Positions 15,492 to 25,567 of a stretch of DNA of 60,175 bases are shown piece after piece. A model generated the notes under the pieces. That model did not search any database. It was not told the origin of the DNA and was given only the letters and a program-made list of their open reading frames with translations. The position numbers were made by a program, and so were the translations under genes. Within the stretch, counting starts at the first letter, position 1; every line of letters starts with the position of its first letter. This DNA comes from a virus. Where the stretch lies: the IMG/VR virus record IMGVR_UViG_3300045988_134226; one strand, written 5' to 3'.

Positions 15492-16640
15492 TTAATTCAC
15501 CTCAACATTAACCGCCGCACATACGGCACTTTGATACTGTCCGATTGTTATATCGTTTGTTGTAAAGGTCGTGCCATTTGTCGATACTTGCAATAGCGTT
15601 ACTTTCTTAACGCCTGCAACTGAATATATGTAGCTGTAAAGGGCTGAATAAATAACGCTGTTGCCAACGCCCAAACCGTTGATATATTCCGCAATATTGC
15701 TCTTGATATTATCAACGCCGTTACTCTCAAATTCTGCCGTTGTATCAACTTTGATTTTGACTGTAACGTTTACGTTCTCTGTCCTTGCAAAATAGATTGT
15801 GTGAGTATATCCGCCCTCGTCCGTTATTTCCTGCGAAATAGCGCCGTAAGTTTTAATGCCTATCGGCTTTTTATCAAATATCGTTTCGGCTATTTGTTCC
15901 TCATAGCCTACACCGCCTGTGATATAAGCGGTAAAGCTGTGCGGTGGTCTGCCGCCACTATCCGTTGTGTCACTTTCATTAACTATTACTTTTGCACTTG
16001 ATACATTAGGCACACGAACTAACGCACTTTCAATAGCTGTTTGATTGCAACTGCCTAAGCCTTGACCTGCTTGCTTAAATCGTTGTCTTAACTCGTGGTC
16101 GCTTTCCTCGTCCTCACCTGCGGTAACAACGCTCTTTCCTGCAACCTCGTCAATGTCAGCGTCAGGGTTTACAATTTCGGTAATATCGCTGTAATTAACA
16201 TTGCCGATTGTTCCGTTTTCAGTACATTCAACGGTAATAACACAAGTGCCGTCCTCACCGATTACAGTATCTTGTGTATTGTAAAATTCAACCTCTGCGT
16301 CAGTTGCAACTAAAAAGCCATACGGCACGGTATGTCCTGCCGTGCCTGTTACTGTAACTTCATATTGTGACGGTATTGCTGAATTTCGTGCAATGCCAAC
16401 AAAAGGGCAAAGCCTATCAAGACTTGTACCGCTTGCAGTATTCGGAAATCTCGCATAATATATTGCTTCTGCTTCTTCCTCTGCTGTCGCCCTATCGTAT
16501 GCAATAATTCTTATGAATTTGCCAAGCGGTGTTTGGTCGTCCGTGTCTATATCCTCACCAAACAACTCTTGTGCCTTTAAAATAAGGCTGTTAAGAATAT
16601 CATCATAGGTCGGGCGTTCATAACCTTTAGTCGTCAGCAT
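15492..16640 (-). CDS. Baseplate J-like protein (XkdT/gp47 family)
   Basis: 382 aa. The N-terminal pattern ..YDDILNSLILKAQELFGEDIDTDDQTPLGKF.. and the synteny fit this family. Confidence 0.75.
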   Translation of the reverse strand: MLTTKGYERPTYDDILNSLILKAQELFGEDIDTDDQTPLGKFIRIIAYDRATAEEEAEAIYYARFPNTASGTSLDRLCPFVGIARNSAIPSQYEVTVTGTAGHTVPYGFLVATDAEVEFYNTQDTVIGEDGTCVITVECTENGTIGNVNYSDITEIVNPDADIDEVAGKSVVTAGEDEESDHELRQRFKQAGQGLGSCNQTAIESALVRVPNVSSAKVIVNESDTTDSGGRPPHSFTAYITGGVGYEEQIAETIFDKKPIGIKTYGAISQEITDEGGYTHTIYFARTENVNVTVKIKVDTTAEFESNGVDNIKSNIAEYINGLGVGNSVIYSALYSYIYSVAGVKKVTLLQVSTNGTTFTTNDITIGQYQSAVCAAVNVEVN

Positions 16641-16652
16641 TTAATCACTCCT

Positions 16653-16973
16653 TTAGTCTAATTCTGTTTCAATTTGTAATTCCGTGTCGTTTTCTTCACT
16701 TGTGCAAGTGAATTTAACAATCAGCGTTCTACCGTCAATGCTCATTTTAAAATTGGTAATATTTAAGGTTTCGTCTACTTGCTGTAAACCGTCCTCTATT
16801 TCTGCCATTACCATTTCTTCGGTTACGCCTTTGCCGAGGATATTTGAAAAATCTATACCCTCTTCCCAATCGTCAAACCATTCGCCTTTATTAGTGTTAA
16901 TGATTAACTGCACCTTTTGTCTTAACAATTCCTCGCCGTCAATCATTTGTATTTCGTTATTTTCAATCAACAA
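16653..16973 (-). CDS. Baseplate wedge protein (XkdS / DUF2634 / gp25-W-like)
   Basis: 106 aa with LLRQKVQLIINTNKGEWFDDWEEGIDF. Synteny supports the call. Confidence 0.65.
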   Translation of the reverse strand: MLIENNEIQMIDGEELLRQKVQLIINTNKGEWFDDWEEGIDFSNILGKGVTEEMVMAEIEDGLQQVDETLNITNFKMSIDGRTLIVKFTCTSEENDTELQIETELD

Positions 16974-17019
16974 ATCGCCTGTGCTGTCGAGTGCAAAACC
17001 TTTGATAAAATCGCCCCCC

Positions 17020-17409
17020 TTATAAAACGCCTATAATGATACTGTCGCTCATATTGTGGTGACCAACAGGTGGACACACGTTCTTGCCTTTTTTTGCTTC
17101 CGTGATATTTCGCTCACAACAAATGCAAACCGCTATATCCCCTGCTTCTATCGGGAATGGCTGATAACCGCTCCAAGTGTGGTCGCCTACCGATATACTT
17201 TGTGTCTTGAATTTTCTTGCTGTTTGCATAATAGGTACGGAAGTCAAAACAGATTGTTTCGCCGCCTTTTCTCCTGTTTCTTTCGTCAGTCCTAACGGCT
17301 GTATTTTTGCCGTCTTGCCTTTAACAGAAAGCACCTTTGCCAAATATGCAGTATGCAAAGATAACAATTTGTTATCTATGAAATCATCAAAATATTTAGC
17401 ATATCCCAT
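17020..17409 (-). CDS. Baseplate spike/hub protein (XkdR / DUF2577, gpV-like)
   Basis: 129 aa. Called on synteny between the XkdQ-like and XkdS-like genes. Confidence 0.6.
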   Translation of the reverse strand: MGYAKYFDDFIDNKLLSLHTAYLAKVLSVKGKTAKIQPLGLTKETGEKAAKQSVLTSVPIMQTARKFKTQSISVGDHTWSGYQPFPIEAGDIAVCICCERNITEAKKGKNVCPPVGHHNMSDSIIIGVL

Positions 17410-17448
17410 TGTGTCACCTCATAAAAATAACCGTGATTTTACACACGG

Positions 17449-18357
17449 TTAAAATACTTTTATTTTAGTTGTTGCTTCGCCCTCATTAAATGTATGCTCG
17501 CCACTTCTTATACGATATTTGCCGTCTTTTGCGTTTATGCTTTTTAGCTTGATTATTCCGCCTGTTGTCATTCTGTGTTGGAGCAACATTTCTATCTCAT
17601 AGCCTTTGATTGTTTCCTTATACTTTTCGGCTGTAATTTCTTCCTCGTATTCGGTTGGTGTGTTAATCATTCCTGTGCTTTCTTCAACCGTGAAATTAAG
17701 GTTATCGCCAACCTTTAAATGTCGGGCGTAAATCTTGCCCTTATTCACATATACGGATATACCGCATACATCAGCATAGGTTTTAATGTTTTCGTACAAA
17801 TCACCGTCAACCTTTTGTTCGTCCTTATATGTGAAATCTCGCTTTATCTTAAACACCGCTATCGGTGTACCTGTCTTTTTTAGTAAGTCTTTTAAAATTT
17901 TGCTTGCCTTTGTTCCCTTTTTGTAGGTCTTTTCTTTTAGCTTTTTCGTCTTAATTCTATCTAAACATTTGATAGTTGTTTTTCGGTCCGCACCCTCATA
18001 AGCTGTTTTTCTTTTCGATACATAGCCTTTGAATATAACTCCTGTATCACCTTTAAAGCCTGCTTCAATAGTAATTGAACAGTTTTTCTTAAATCGGTTT
18101 ATTGTTGTAGTTGAAAGGTTATATATTGTAATCTCTGCTTCGTTAGCTTCCATATCATCATCAAAAGGCACGCTAAATTCCAAATCTAAATCATTTGAAT
18201 TTACAACTGCGCCATTGCAACGGATAATAGCAACGCTACCAAATACACCTTTAGGCATATCGGTATAAAAAGTGTCATTCCAACCTTTCATAGCCTTTGC
18301 CATTTTCGATACATCACTATTAGATTTAACATTTATAATTTGTGATTTATTACTCAT
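17449..18357 (-). CDS. Baseplate hub protein (XkdQ / late-control-D-like)
   Basis: The track ORF extends to 18486, across a promoter and hairpins. ATG at 18357 (MSNKSQ..) has SD AAAGGTGG. Confidence 0.7.
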   Translation of the reverse strand: MSNKSQIINVKSNSDVSKMAKAMKGWNDTFYTDMPKGVFGSVAIIRCNGAVVNSNDLDLEFSVPFDDDMEANEAEITIYNLSTTTINRFKKNCSITIEAGFKGDTGVIFKGYVSKRKTAYEGADRKTTIKCLDRIKTKKLKEKTYKKGTKASKILKDLLKKTGTPIAVFKIKRDFTYKDEQKVDGDLYENIKTYADVCGISVYVNKGKIYARHLKVGDNLNFTVEESTGMINTPTEYEEEITAEKYKETIKGYEIEMLLQHRMTTGGIIKLKSINAKDGKYRIRSGEHTFNEGEATTKIKVF

Positions 18358-18373
18358 ATAACCACCTTTAAAC

Positions 18374-18414
18374 GACAAACACCGCAAGGGATATTTGCCC
18401 TCACGGTGTTTGTC
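18374..18414 (-). terminator. Long leader hairpin, terminator-like with a weak U tract
   Basis: GACAAACACCG..(internal GAGGG/CCCUU)..CGGUGUUUGUC followed by GUUUAAAGG. A second hairpin GUAGGG-AUUGA-CCCUAC lies at 18434..18450. Confidence 0.45.
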
Positions 18415-18457
18415 AATTTCAAATTTACGGAGTGTAGGGTCAATCCCTACATACAAT

Positions 18458-18486
18458 ATTATAGCAGAATAACTTTTTGATGTCAA
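18458..18486 (-). promoter_or_regulatory. Consensus promoter P18 inside the tail/baseplate module
   Basis: On the minus strand: TTGACA (18481-18486), 17 nt, TATAAT (18458-18463), followed by ATT. The -35 starts 6 nt after the upstream stop. Confidence 0.65.
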
Positions 18487-18492
18487 TAATTG

Positions 18493-18966
18493 TTAATTAA
18501 GTATTCCGCTATCATCAATAAGCTTTTCAATCTCTTCAATTTCGTCCTCGTGCAAGCAATCGTCAGGATTGTCAATGTCGCCGTTGCTAAATTCAAGTCG
18601 TGATTGTTTAGCTTCAATCTCAATGTCCTCGTCTGTGTTATCAATACACAAAAATACCGTTTCATTAAGATTGTCAAAAGTTACTGCATTGTTCTCGCCG
18701 CTTTCATCATAAGGTACAATATCTATTGCAGGATATTTACCATTAATGAAAACATCTGAAAATAAAGGCTTGCCGTATATAATCGGCTCGCCTTTGCAAA
18801 TTTCCTCATATTCGCCGCTTTCCTCGTCTAACTTTGATAAATCAAGTGTAAAGAGTTCGGCGGTTTCGTTGAAATTCACGCCTATTTTGAATGTTTCGTC
18901 AGCAAGAACAATGTCAAATTCATACGGTATCAAATCTTTATTGATTTCGATTATATCCCTTTTCAT
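18493..18966 (-). CDS. Acidic tail/baseplate-associated protein
   Basis: 157 aa. The pattern YEFDIVLADETFKIGVNFNETAELFTLDL...GEPIIYGKPLF resembles a recurrent contractile-tail accessory family (from memory). Confidence 0.55.
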   Translation of the reverse strand: MKRDIIEINKDLIPYEFDIVLADETFKIGVNFNETAELFTLDLSKLDEESGEYEEICKGEPIIYGKPLFSDVFINGKYPAIDIVPYDESGENNAVTFDNLNETVFLCIDNTDEDIEIEAKQSRLEFSNGDIDNPDDCLHEDEIEEIEKLIDDSGILN

Positions 18967-18977
18967 TTGTACCCCTC

Positions 18978-19199
18978 TTATCTTGCAACTTTAGCGTCGT
19001 CAGGTAAATCTTCCTCGGCTACTATTTCAATGCTTGCCCAATCGTAAGTACCTGCAAGCATTACGCAAGTTTTGTATAAGTTATGTGGATTTCTTTTTGT
19101 TAAATGGATATACCAACCGTCCTCTGAGCGAATAACATAATACGGGTCAACTTCGCCGATAGGCTCTGCCGTACAATGTGGTAAGTCATAAGCTGTCAT
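18978..19199 (-). CDS. hypothetical protein
   Basis: 73 aa, packed between tail genes. Confidence 0.55.
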   Translation of the reverse strand: MTAYDLPHCTAEPIGEVDPYYVIRSEDGWYIHLTKRNPHNLYKTCVMLAGTYDWASIEIVAEEDLPDDAKVAR

Positions 19200-19203
19200 A
19201 TTA

Positions 19204-19845
19204 TCACCCTAATTCACATCTTTTTTCTTTAAATATTTGTTTAATGTATTCAGGCATATTATTCAATACAGTTGATGAAAAAGAAATAAATGCACATTCT
19301 TCATCAGGAACGCTGTCGGGCGCTCTAATTATACCTTTAGCAATTGATAACAATGTTTCCTCACTCAAATTGTTACTATCCTCAAAAGTCAAATCCCACG
19401 TACTATATGGTATGGTATTTTCTTTAACTCTTAATTCTGTAAGATTAGTGCAATGAGTAAAAGCGTTTAATTCTTCTGCATTTGAGAAGTCTAAAGGTGT
19501 GCCTAATATTTCTTTCGCACCACCCCGTCTTGTTCCTCCTGCAAAGCAGTTATCAAAAGAACTTACATTTCTTGTATTGATATTAAGTGTTAAAACGCAA
19601 TTATTATTTGTAATATCAAAGAATGTTGAGTTCATACTACTTATATCTGCATTACTTTCAACAGTAATAGTTCTATGAGATAAGTTCTTAAATAAACTAT
19701 TCCAATTAGTTATATCTTTAGGTACAGTATAATATGATAAGTATGCTTTAAATTTAAAACTGCTCAATTGCGAAATATAAGATTTATGTATTTTTAATTC
19801 ATCAATCAATGCCTGAACTTTTGTTTTTAAGGTTGCTAAACTCAT
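19204..19845 (-). CDS. AT-rich inserted gene, weakly BspA-type LRR-like
   Basis: 213 aa with ..SSFDNCFAGG.. and ..NAFTHCTNLTELRV.. segments. A hand-counted 60-nt sample is about 30% GC, against about 43% in the neighbouring gene. Confidence 0.6.
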   Translation of the reverse strand: MSLATLKTKVQALIDELKIHKSYISQLSSFKFKAYLSYYTVPKDITNWNSLFKNLSHRTITVESNADISSMNSTFFDITNNNCVLTLNINTRNVSSFDNCFAGGTRRGGAKEILGTPLDFSNAEELNAFTHCTNLTELRVKENTIPYSTWDLTFEDSNNLSEETLLSIAKGIIRAPDSVPDEECAFISFSSTVLNNMPEYIKQIFKEKRCELG

Positions 19846-19859
19846 ACTTTATCAACCCC

Positions 19860-20738
19860 CTAACTCTTATATCCCATAAGTAGCTTAACACCAACTTTCA
19901 GCGTTTTCGGGTCGCCTTTTCTGCTAAAAGCATTAGGATTGTTTTTTATAACCCAACTTTCGCTTTTGCCTAAAGATTTATAGTTTTTATTCACTAATTT
20001 ATAGACTGTATCGCCTTTTTTAGTTTTATGATAAACCGCTTTGCTTTTTCCGCCTTTAGTCTGTTGAGTACCGCCGTTTGATTTTGATTTAGTCGTACTC
20101 TTAACAGGTAAGCCCTCAATTTTCGATTTATCAACCCAACCATAAACCCTCTTGCCGTCCGTACTTTTCAAGTGGTATTTGTGTTTAGCCTTTTTTGTAT
20201 TTTTTATTTTTGTGATTTTGCAGGTGGAGCGCCCACGCTTCGCCGCCGCTTTTTTTGCTTCGGAAGAAGCGTAGACATTACCGCCCTTAAAAACAACCTT
20301 TGCACCGACTTTTAAATTAGGCTTTGACTTCTTTGTCTTTGCCTGTTTTTTAGCGGTGCTTGATTTTGATTTTTTGCTTTTATAAGAAGATTTCGCAATG
20401 CGTACTTCTTTAAGTTCCATTGAAAAGGCAGAGCCGCCCTTAATGTTCTTATCGTCCGTACAATCAAATGACTGTATCTGTAAGTTTTTAAGGGTGTTGC
20501 GTCCGACATAAGTAATCAAAGAGCCTGCATTTTGCAACTTCTCAATTTTCTTAACTATATCGGACGCTTTATATTTACCGTTATCAACGATTTTACCGTC
20601 AATACTTAAAGTAATTGCCTGCTTTTGAATGTTGCTTGTAATCGGCAAGCCTGTTTCGGTTGGGTGGTCTGTGCTATTAATTGAACGCTTAACATTTTCG
20701 CTTTCAACAAAAATCGCTATTCCGTTTATAGTAGCCAT
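19860..20738 (-). CDS. XkdP-like tail protein with a C-terminal LysM domain
   Basis: 292 aa. The C-terminal YHKTKKGDTVYKLVNKNY..LKVGVKLLM is LysM-like. Lys-rich linkers. Lies directly after the tape measure. Confidence 0.7.
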   Translation of the reverse strand: MATINGIAIFVESENVKRSINSTDHPTETGLPITSNIQKQAITLSIDGKIVDNGKYKASDIVKKIEKLQNAGSLITYVGRNTLKNLQIQSFDCTDDKNIKGGSAFSMELKEVRIAKSSYKSKKSKSSTAKKQAKTKKSKPNLKVGAKVVFKGGNVYASSEAKKAAAKRGRSTCKITKIKNTKKAKHKYHLKSTDGKRVYGWVDKSKIEGLPVKSTTKSKSNGGTQQTKGGKSKAVYHKTKKGDTVYKLVNKNYKSLGKSESWVIKNNPNAFSRKGDPKTLKVGVKLLMGYKS

Positions 20739-20741
20739 ATA

Positions 20742-23700
20742 TTAGACCTCCTTAACCTTTGGGTTTTTAGTTGCAATGCCCTCGAATACTTCCTCCATTG
20801 CTTCCTGTACCCATTTCTTAACTTTTCTTGCCGTTGTCCTGTCGTCACTTGTTCCGCTAACGGTCAAGTTAAATACGGGCGCATACGTGTTGTTCTCGGT
20901 GCGGTTTGCACCTTGCTGTGATGTACCGCTTTCGGGGCTGTAATTAGCCGTGCTAACACCGAGCGAATTTCCTGCCTGTTGCCATAAGCCTATGCTTCGT
21001 TTTCTCTTTGCAGGGTCGGTCGGTATTACCCATTCAGGCTTATTCTGTTCAGCAATTAAGCCTGTTTTGGTAACAAGACCGCCGTTAGAATAGCCGTGTC
21101 CTTGATATGCTCTTGCTAACGAGCCATATCTTGATACCGCATATCTAATTGAAGCAAGAATATTACTCAAAGGGTCATAGATATTTTTGTTATAACCCTT
21201 TCTTGCATACGCTCTAAATGTCGGGTCAATTACCTGCATTAAGCCTTTTGACGGTGTGCCTTTTTTAGCGTTGCTATCCCAATTGTTTATTGCTCTTGGG
21301 TTGCCACCGCTCTCGGTTTGCATTTGGTAAAGTGTCCTTTTAACATTTGCGGCGCTGTACTGCCCTTCCATTTTCAAAGCACGAATAACGGTTGTGCGCC
21401 ATTGTGCTACACCTTTTGAAGCGTCATAGTTTGCAAGGCTTAACGCTCCCATTTCGTCAAATTTCTTTTTGAGCCAAGATGTCATTGCACCGCCTGTAAT
21501 TTTATTAACAACACCTTTACCAACTTTAAGCGGAAAACCGCTCTCGTTGCCGTATGCGGCATTTTTACGCATATAGCTTGTTAGTCCTTTAGGGTTGTCA
21601 ATATATTCCCAAGCGTCAAAGTCGCCTGTACCTTTAGCGTAATTATAAGTAGTTGATTTTCTACCCATAATTTGAGCGGTACGTTCAGCAGGTAACACTT
21701 TCATTCCTTTAGGTGCGTTCGGTATAAGTACATTTCTGCCCTTTGGTATAAACGATTGTCCGTTAGGCATTTGTACTAATTCAGCACCTCTGCCGTCGTT
21801 TACAAGGGCGTTACCGCCTTTGTGTCCGTTTGTACCGTTTGCATAACTTACAGTTGATAACTTGCTCTTTGAGCCGATTTGTCCTAATACACCGTTTGCG
21901 GTGCTAATAACTCTGTTAGCACCTCGTATAGAAGCCTTCGCCGCTCTATTCCATATTGCAGTTATCGCATTTGCTAAACTGTTGCCTGTACTCTTAATAG
22001 CATTACCCATTTTGTTAGGTAATTGTTTAGCCGCACTCACCATAGAATTACAGTTTTTAGTTACTGTTTTAAGCGAACTTGATGTAATCTTACTCGGCTG
22101 TTTTAATGACCTCCAAAGTCCGTTTAAATTGCTAAGATTGATTTTGTTTACCTGTGAAATAAAGCCTTTGATATTTGTACCAAAGTCTTTAAGTGCTGTG
22201 CCGATACCTGATATATCGTTCTTGCCTGTGAATAGCTGTTTAAGTCCACCCTTTTTAGGCAAGCCGTTAATGCTCTTTAAGGCTTTGAAAAGTGACGATA
22301 TTTTACTCATATCCTTAATGCCCGATATTGAGCTGTAAAACTTCGCCATTGCCGTGCCAAACGGTGGCAACTTTGAAGCGATACCCGACAAGTCAGTTTC
22401 ACCTGTAAACCATTGTTTGATACCGCCCGACTTCGGCAAATTACCAATGTCGGATAATGATTTAAACAATGCTTTAGCATTTGTAAATCCTGCTTGCGGC
22501 AATTTCGCTACTTTGGTATAAAAACCTATAACGCCCTTACCTGACATTTTCGACAATCCACTTGACAATGAACTAAAATCGGTTTCACCGCCAAACCATT
22601 GAGCAAGTCCGCCTGTTTTCGGCACATTGCCTATATCTGCAAGTGATTTAAACAATAACTTTGCATTAGTAAATCCGTTTGCAGGTAATGTAGCAACTTT
22701 AGTAAAGAAGCCTGACGCATTATTAATAAAGGTTGTTAATTGAGTGCCTACATCACCCAAATTTGTACCGCCTGTGAGTTTACTCAAAAGGTTATTTCCT
22801 GTCATTTTGAGCATAAAGCCACCAACGGCACTAAAAAAGCTACCTATTCCGCTCATATCCACGCCTTTAAACAGCGTAAACATAGGGGCTACCGCTCTTG
22901 CAAAAGCGGTTAAATTCTTGCCTATCGTCGGTAATGAAGCTGAAATACCCTCACCAAGTCCACCAACTAACGCACCAGCGATTTTGCCAATTTGATTAAA
23001 CAAATTAGCGAGAGTGTCGCCGCCTTTTGATATAAACTCGTTGAATTTAGGTATTTGTGCTAATGCTCCATAAGCAGTAATTAAAGCTGTCATACCGCCA
23101 ATTACTAACGCTATGTTAGCAAGTCCTTTCAACACTATCGGTGTAGGTATCATACCTACCAATCCTGCAAAGGCAGTCAATGCCGAGCCGACTGTGCCTA
23201 AAACACCAATTATAACGGCAACTTTTGTTAATCTTGTAAGGTCAAACTCAATAAGTGAAACCGCACCGATTAACAAATACAATGCCGACATTCCTGCAAC
23301 AACCAACGCAATGTTTGCAATTCCTTTAAGCACGACTGCAATAGGTATTACGCCAACTATGCTTGCTAATTTCGCAAGCCCTGTGCCTACCAAACCTAAA
23401 GCACCGATAATAGCGACCATTTTCAAAACGGTTTTTCCGTCCGCTAATTGTGATATATACGGTGCAACAGCCATAAACGCCGCTGTTATCGCCGTCATTC
23501 CACCGATTATAATTGCAAGATTTGCCATACCTTTTAAAATGGTACTTGTTTTAGTCTGTGCAAGTCCTTTAAATATGTTCGTTATGCCGTCAAACAGCGA
23601 GCCGCCCTCGCCACCTTTTCCGCCAAACATTCCTTTTAGTGACGATACGCTCTTTAGTACCTTTATCACCGCTACTACACCGAGTATGTAAGGAATAGCT

Positions 23701-25505
23701 TTTGTAAGTATTTTTGCACTATTTTTGAAAAGATTTGCAACCTTTTCAATAGCAGGAAATTTAACGCCGAAAGCCTCAGCAAACGCTTGACTTAATCGCT
23801 TTGCGATATTTGGTAATTCAGCAACAATAACCTTGATTATGTTAGGTGTTGCTACTATAAGTCCTTTGACTAATGAAGTCGCCGCTCTTAATAACGGTGG
23901 TAATAATTCATCAACAAGTTTTGGAAATTCCTTTTCAATAATCGGTGCTAATTCTTCAATCAATTTGCCTATTCCTGTTAATGATTTGATAATTGCAGGC
24001 TTAATATTCTTCACAAATATTTTTGTAGTGTCTATAAGATTATCAACACATTGGTCGAAAGCGTCACCGCCTTGTATCAATGCAGGCATAAGATTGCCCC
24101 ACGCCGATTTCATAGAGTTTAACGAGCCTTGTATGGTGTGTTCCGCTTCTTTTTGCGTTGTACCATAAATGCCTGTTTCCTTTTGCACGGCGTGAATTGC
24201 TTTAACGATATTACCGTATGACAAACTGTTGCCGTTGATACTCTTATCAAGTTTAGAAGCGTCCTTAACAAGTCTTTGCATTTCGGATTTTGTACCGCCG
24301 TAACCTAACTTCAAGTTGTCGAGCATTGTATAGTTCTGCTTTGCAAAACCTTGATAAGCCCATTGAATACTGCTCATATCAGTACCCATTTTGTTAGCGT
24401 TATCTGCCATATCCGATACGGCTACATCTGCAAGTTTCGCCGCTTTTTTAGTATCGTTGCCTGTACTCTGCAACAAACTTGCCGCAAAGCCTGTTACGGT
24501 TTCCATATAATCATTAGCGGAAAGTCCTGCCGTTTTAAATGCGTTGTTCGCATTTTTAACAACAATCTTTTGACTTTCGTTTAACTTCTTATATTCGCCT
24601 TTGACCTTGCCAACCGATTTACCTGTTAGATTTGCATACTCTTGAACGCTTTTCGCACCTTTAGCACCTAACAGCGTTTCAACACCGCCAATAAGTTGCT
24701 CATAGTCTGCATAAGCTGTTACCGATTTAGCGGTAAGTCCACCTATTGCAGTTGCACAAGCGGCAATACCGCCTGTTATAGCTTTAAGGCTTATACCTGC
24801 TATCTTTTTAAGTCCTCTAAACGCCGCTCCTGCGGCTTTTTTGCCGATTGTAGATAGTTTGTTTGATACGCCTTGTAAACTGTTTTTCAGCTTCGCCATA
24901 CTTGTATCGTCAATGCTTTTTAGCTTTGTTTTAAATTTGGTAGAGCCACGAACACCGTTAGCCATACTCTTTTTTAATTTTTCAAAGCCTGATAATGTTT
25001 TTGAAACACCAACTTTGCCGATATTCTTAATAGCGTTTTTAAAGCCTTTTGCGCCTTTTTCACCGTCTGTTAATGTATCCTTGACTTTGCTGACATTCGA
25101 TTTAAGTTTGCTTAATTTTTCTTTTTGCAGTCGTTTAAACTCTGCCCTTGTTTTGCCTGCCGACATTTGAAGTGCTAACACTTTATCGTTAAGTGCTTTA
25201 ACAGGGTGGGAAGTAATACCTTTAATTGATTTTTTTAAGGAATTAACTTTATCCTTTGCAACATCAATAGCCGCTCCGCCCACTTCAATATCTTTTTTAA
25301 GCTTGCTTATGCCTTTTTCTTTGCCAAGAGCCGATATTGATTTTTTTGTACTGTCCGCACTTTTTTTAAGCTTACTTAAACCGCCGTCAACATCATTGCT
25401 AACAGACTTTTTAAGCTTATCCATTCCGTCATTGATTTTATTAAGAGTTCCTAAATCCGATTTAAAGCCTATTTCAATAACATCTTGACGGATAACATTT
25501 GCCAT
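20742..25505 (-). CDS. Tail tape measure protein with hydrophobic repeat core and a lytic transglycosylase (SLT) domain
   Basis: 1587 aa. Three roughly 50-aa hydrophobic repeats (..KG[ML]ANxAxxxGGMTA..), three roughly 55-aa repeats (..GFTNAK.LFKSL.DIGN.PK.GG..QWF.GETD..) and an SLT motif YQMQTESGGNPRAINNWDSNAKKGTPSKGLMQV. Confidence 0.9.
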   Translation of the reverse strand: MANVIRQDVIEIGFKSDLGTLNKINDGMDKLKKSVSNDVDGGLSKLKKSADSTKKSISALGKEKGISKLKKDIEVGGAAIDVAKDKVNSLKKSIKGITSHPVKALNDKVLALQMSAGKTRAEFKRLQKEKLSKLKSNVSKVKDTLTDGEKGAKGFKNAIKNIGKVGVSKTLSGFEKLKKSMANGVRGSTKFKTKLKSIDDTSMAKLKNSLQGVSNKLSTIGKKAAGAAFRGLKKIAGISLKAITGGIAACATAIGGLTAKSVTAYADYEQLIGGVETLLGAKGAKSVQEYANLTGKSVGKVKGEYKKLNESQKIVVKNANNAFKTAGLSANDYMETVTGFAASLLQSTGNDTKKAAKLADVAVSDMADNANKMGTDMSSIQWAYQGFAKQNYTMLDNLKLGYGGTKSEMQRLVKDASKLDKSINGNSLSYGNIVKAIHAVQKETGIYGTTQKEAEHTIQGSLNSMKSAWGNLMPALIQGGDAFDQCVDNLIDTTKIFVKNIKPAIIKSLTGIGKLIEELAPIIEKEFPKLVDELLPPLLRAATSLVKGLIVATPNIIKVIVAELPNIAKRLSQAFAEAFGVKFPAIEKVANLFKNSAKILTKAIPYILGVVAVIKVLKSVSSLKGMFGGKGGEGGSLFDGITNIFKGLAQTKTSTILKGMANLAIIIGGMTAITAAFMAVAPYISQLADGKTVLKMVAIIGALGLVGTGLAKLASIVGVIPIAVVLKGIANIALVVAGMSALYLLIGAVSLIEFDLTRLTKVAVIIGVLGTVGSALTAFAGLVGMIPTPIVLKGLANIALVIGGMTALITAYGALAQIPKFNEFISKGGDTLANLFNQIGKIAGALVGGLGEGISASLPTIGKNLTAFARAVAPMFTLFKGVDMSGIGSFFSAVGGFMLKMTGNNLLSKLTGGTNLGDVGTQLTTFINNASGFFTKVATLPANGFTNAKLLFKSLADIGNVPKTGGLAQWFGGETDFSSLSSGLSKMSGKGVIGFYTKVAKLPQAGFTNAKALFKSLSDIGNLPKSGGIKQWFTGETDLSGIASKLPPFGTAMAKFYSSISGIKDMSKISSLFKALKSINGLPKKGGLKQLFTGKNDISGIGTALKDFGTNIKGFISQVNKINLSNLNGLWRSLKQPSKITSSSLKTVTKNCNSMVSAAKQLPNKMGNAIKSTGNSLANAITAIWNRAAKASIRGANRVISTANGVLGQIGSKSKLSTVSYANGTNGHKGGNALVNDGRGAELVQMPNGQSFIPKGRNVLIPNAPKGMKVLPAERTAQIMGRKSTTYNYAKGTGDFDAWEYIDNPKGLTSYMRKNAAYGNESGFPLKVGKGVVNKITGGAMTSWLKKKFDEMGALSLANYDASKGVAQWRTTVIRALKMEGQYSAANVKRTLYQMQTESGGNPRAINNWDSNAKKGTPSKGLMQVIDPTFRAYARKGYNKNIYDPLSNILASIRYAVSRYGSLARAYQGHGYSNGGLVTKTGLIAEQNKPEWVIPTDPAKRKRSIGLWQQAGNSLGVSTANYSPESGTSQQGANRTENNTYAPVFNLTVSGTSDDRTTARKVKKWVQEAMEEVFEGIATKNPKVKEV

Positions 25506-25534
25506 TATATACCTCCTTTCTTACAGGAAGTAAA

Positions 25535-25558
25535 AAGCACCCTAATCAAAGGGTGCTT
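25535..25558 (-). terminator. Hairpin terminator between the chaperone genes and the tape measure
   Basis: AAGCACCC-UUUGAUUA-GGGUGCUU followed by UUUAC. The plus-strand reading is followed by AATTTTTT. Confidence 0.5.
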
Positions 25559-25567
25559 AATTTTTTG

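Noticed and set aside
21862-24168. Long plus-strand ORFs antisense to the tape measure gene (21862..22338, 22744..22995, 23113..23691, 23833..24168)
   Set aside because: These are shadow frames of a well-supported 1587-aa minus-strand gene. They have a low-complexity Pro/Ile/Ala composition and no SDs.
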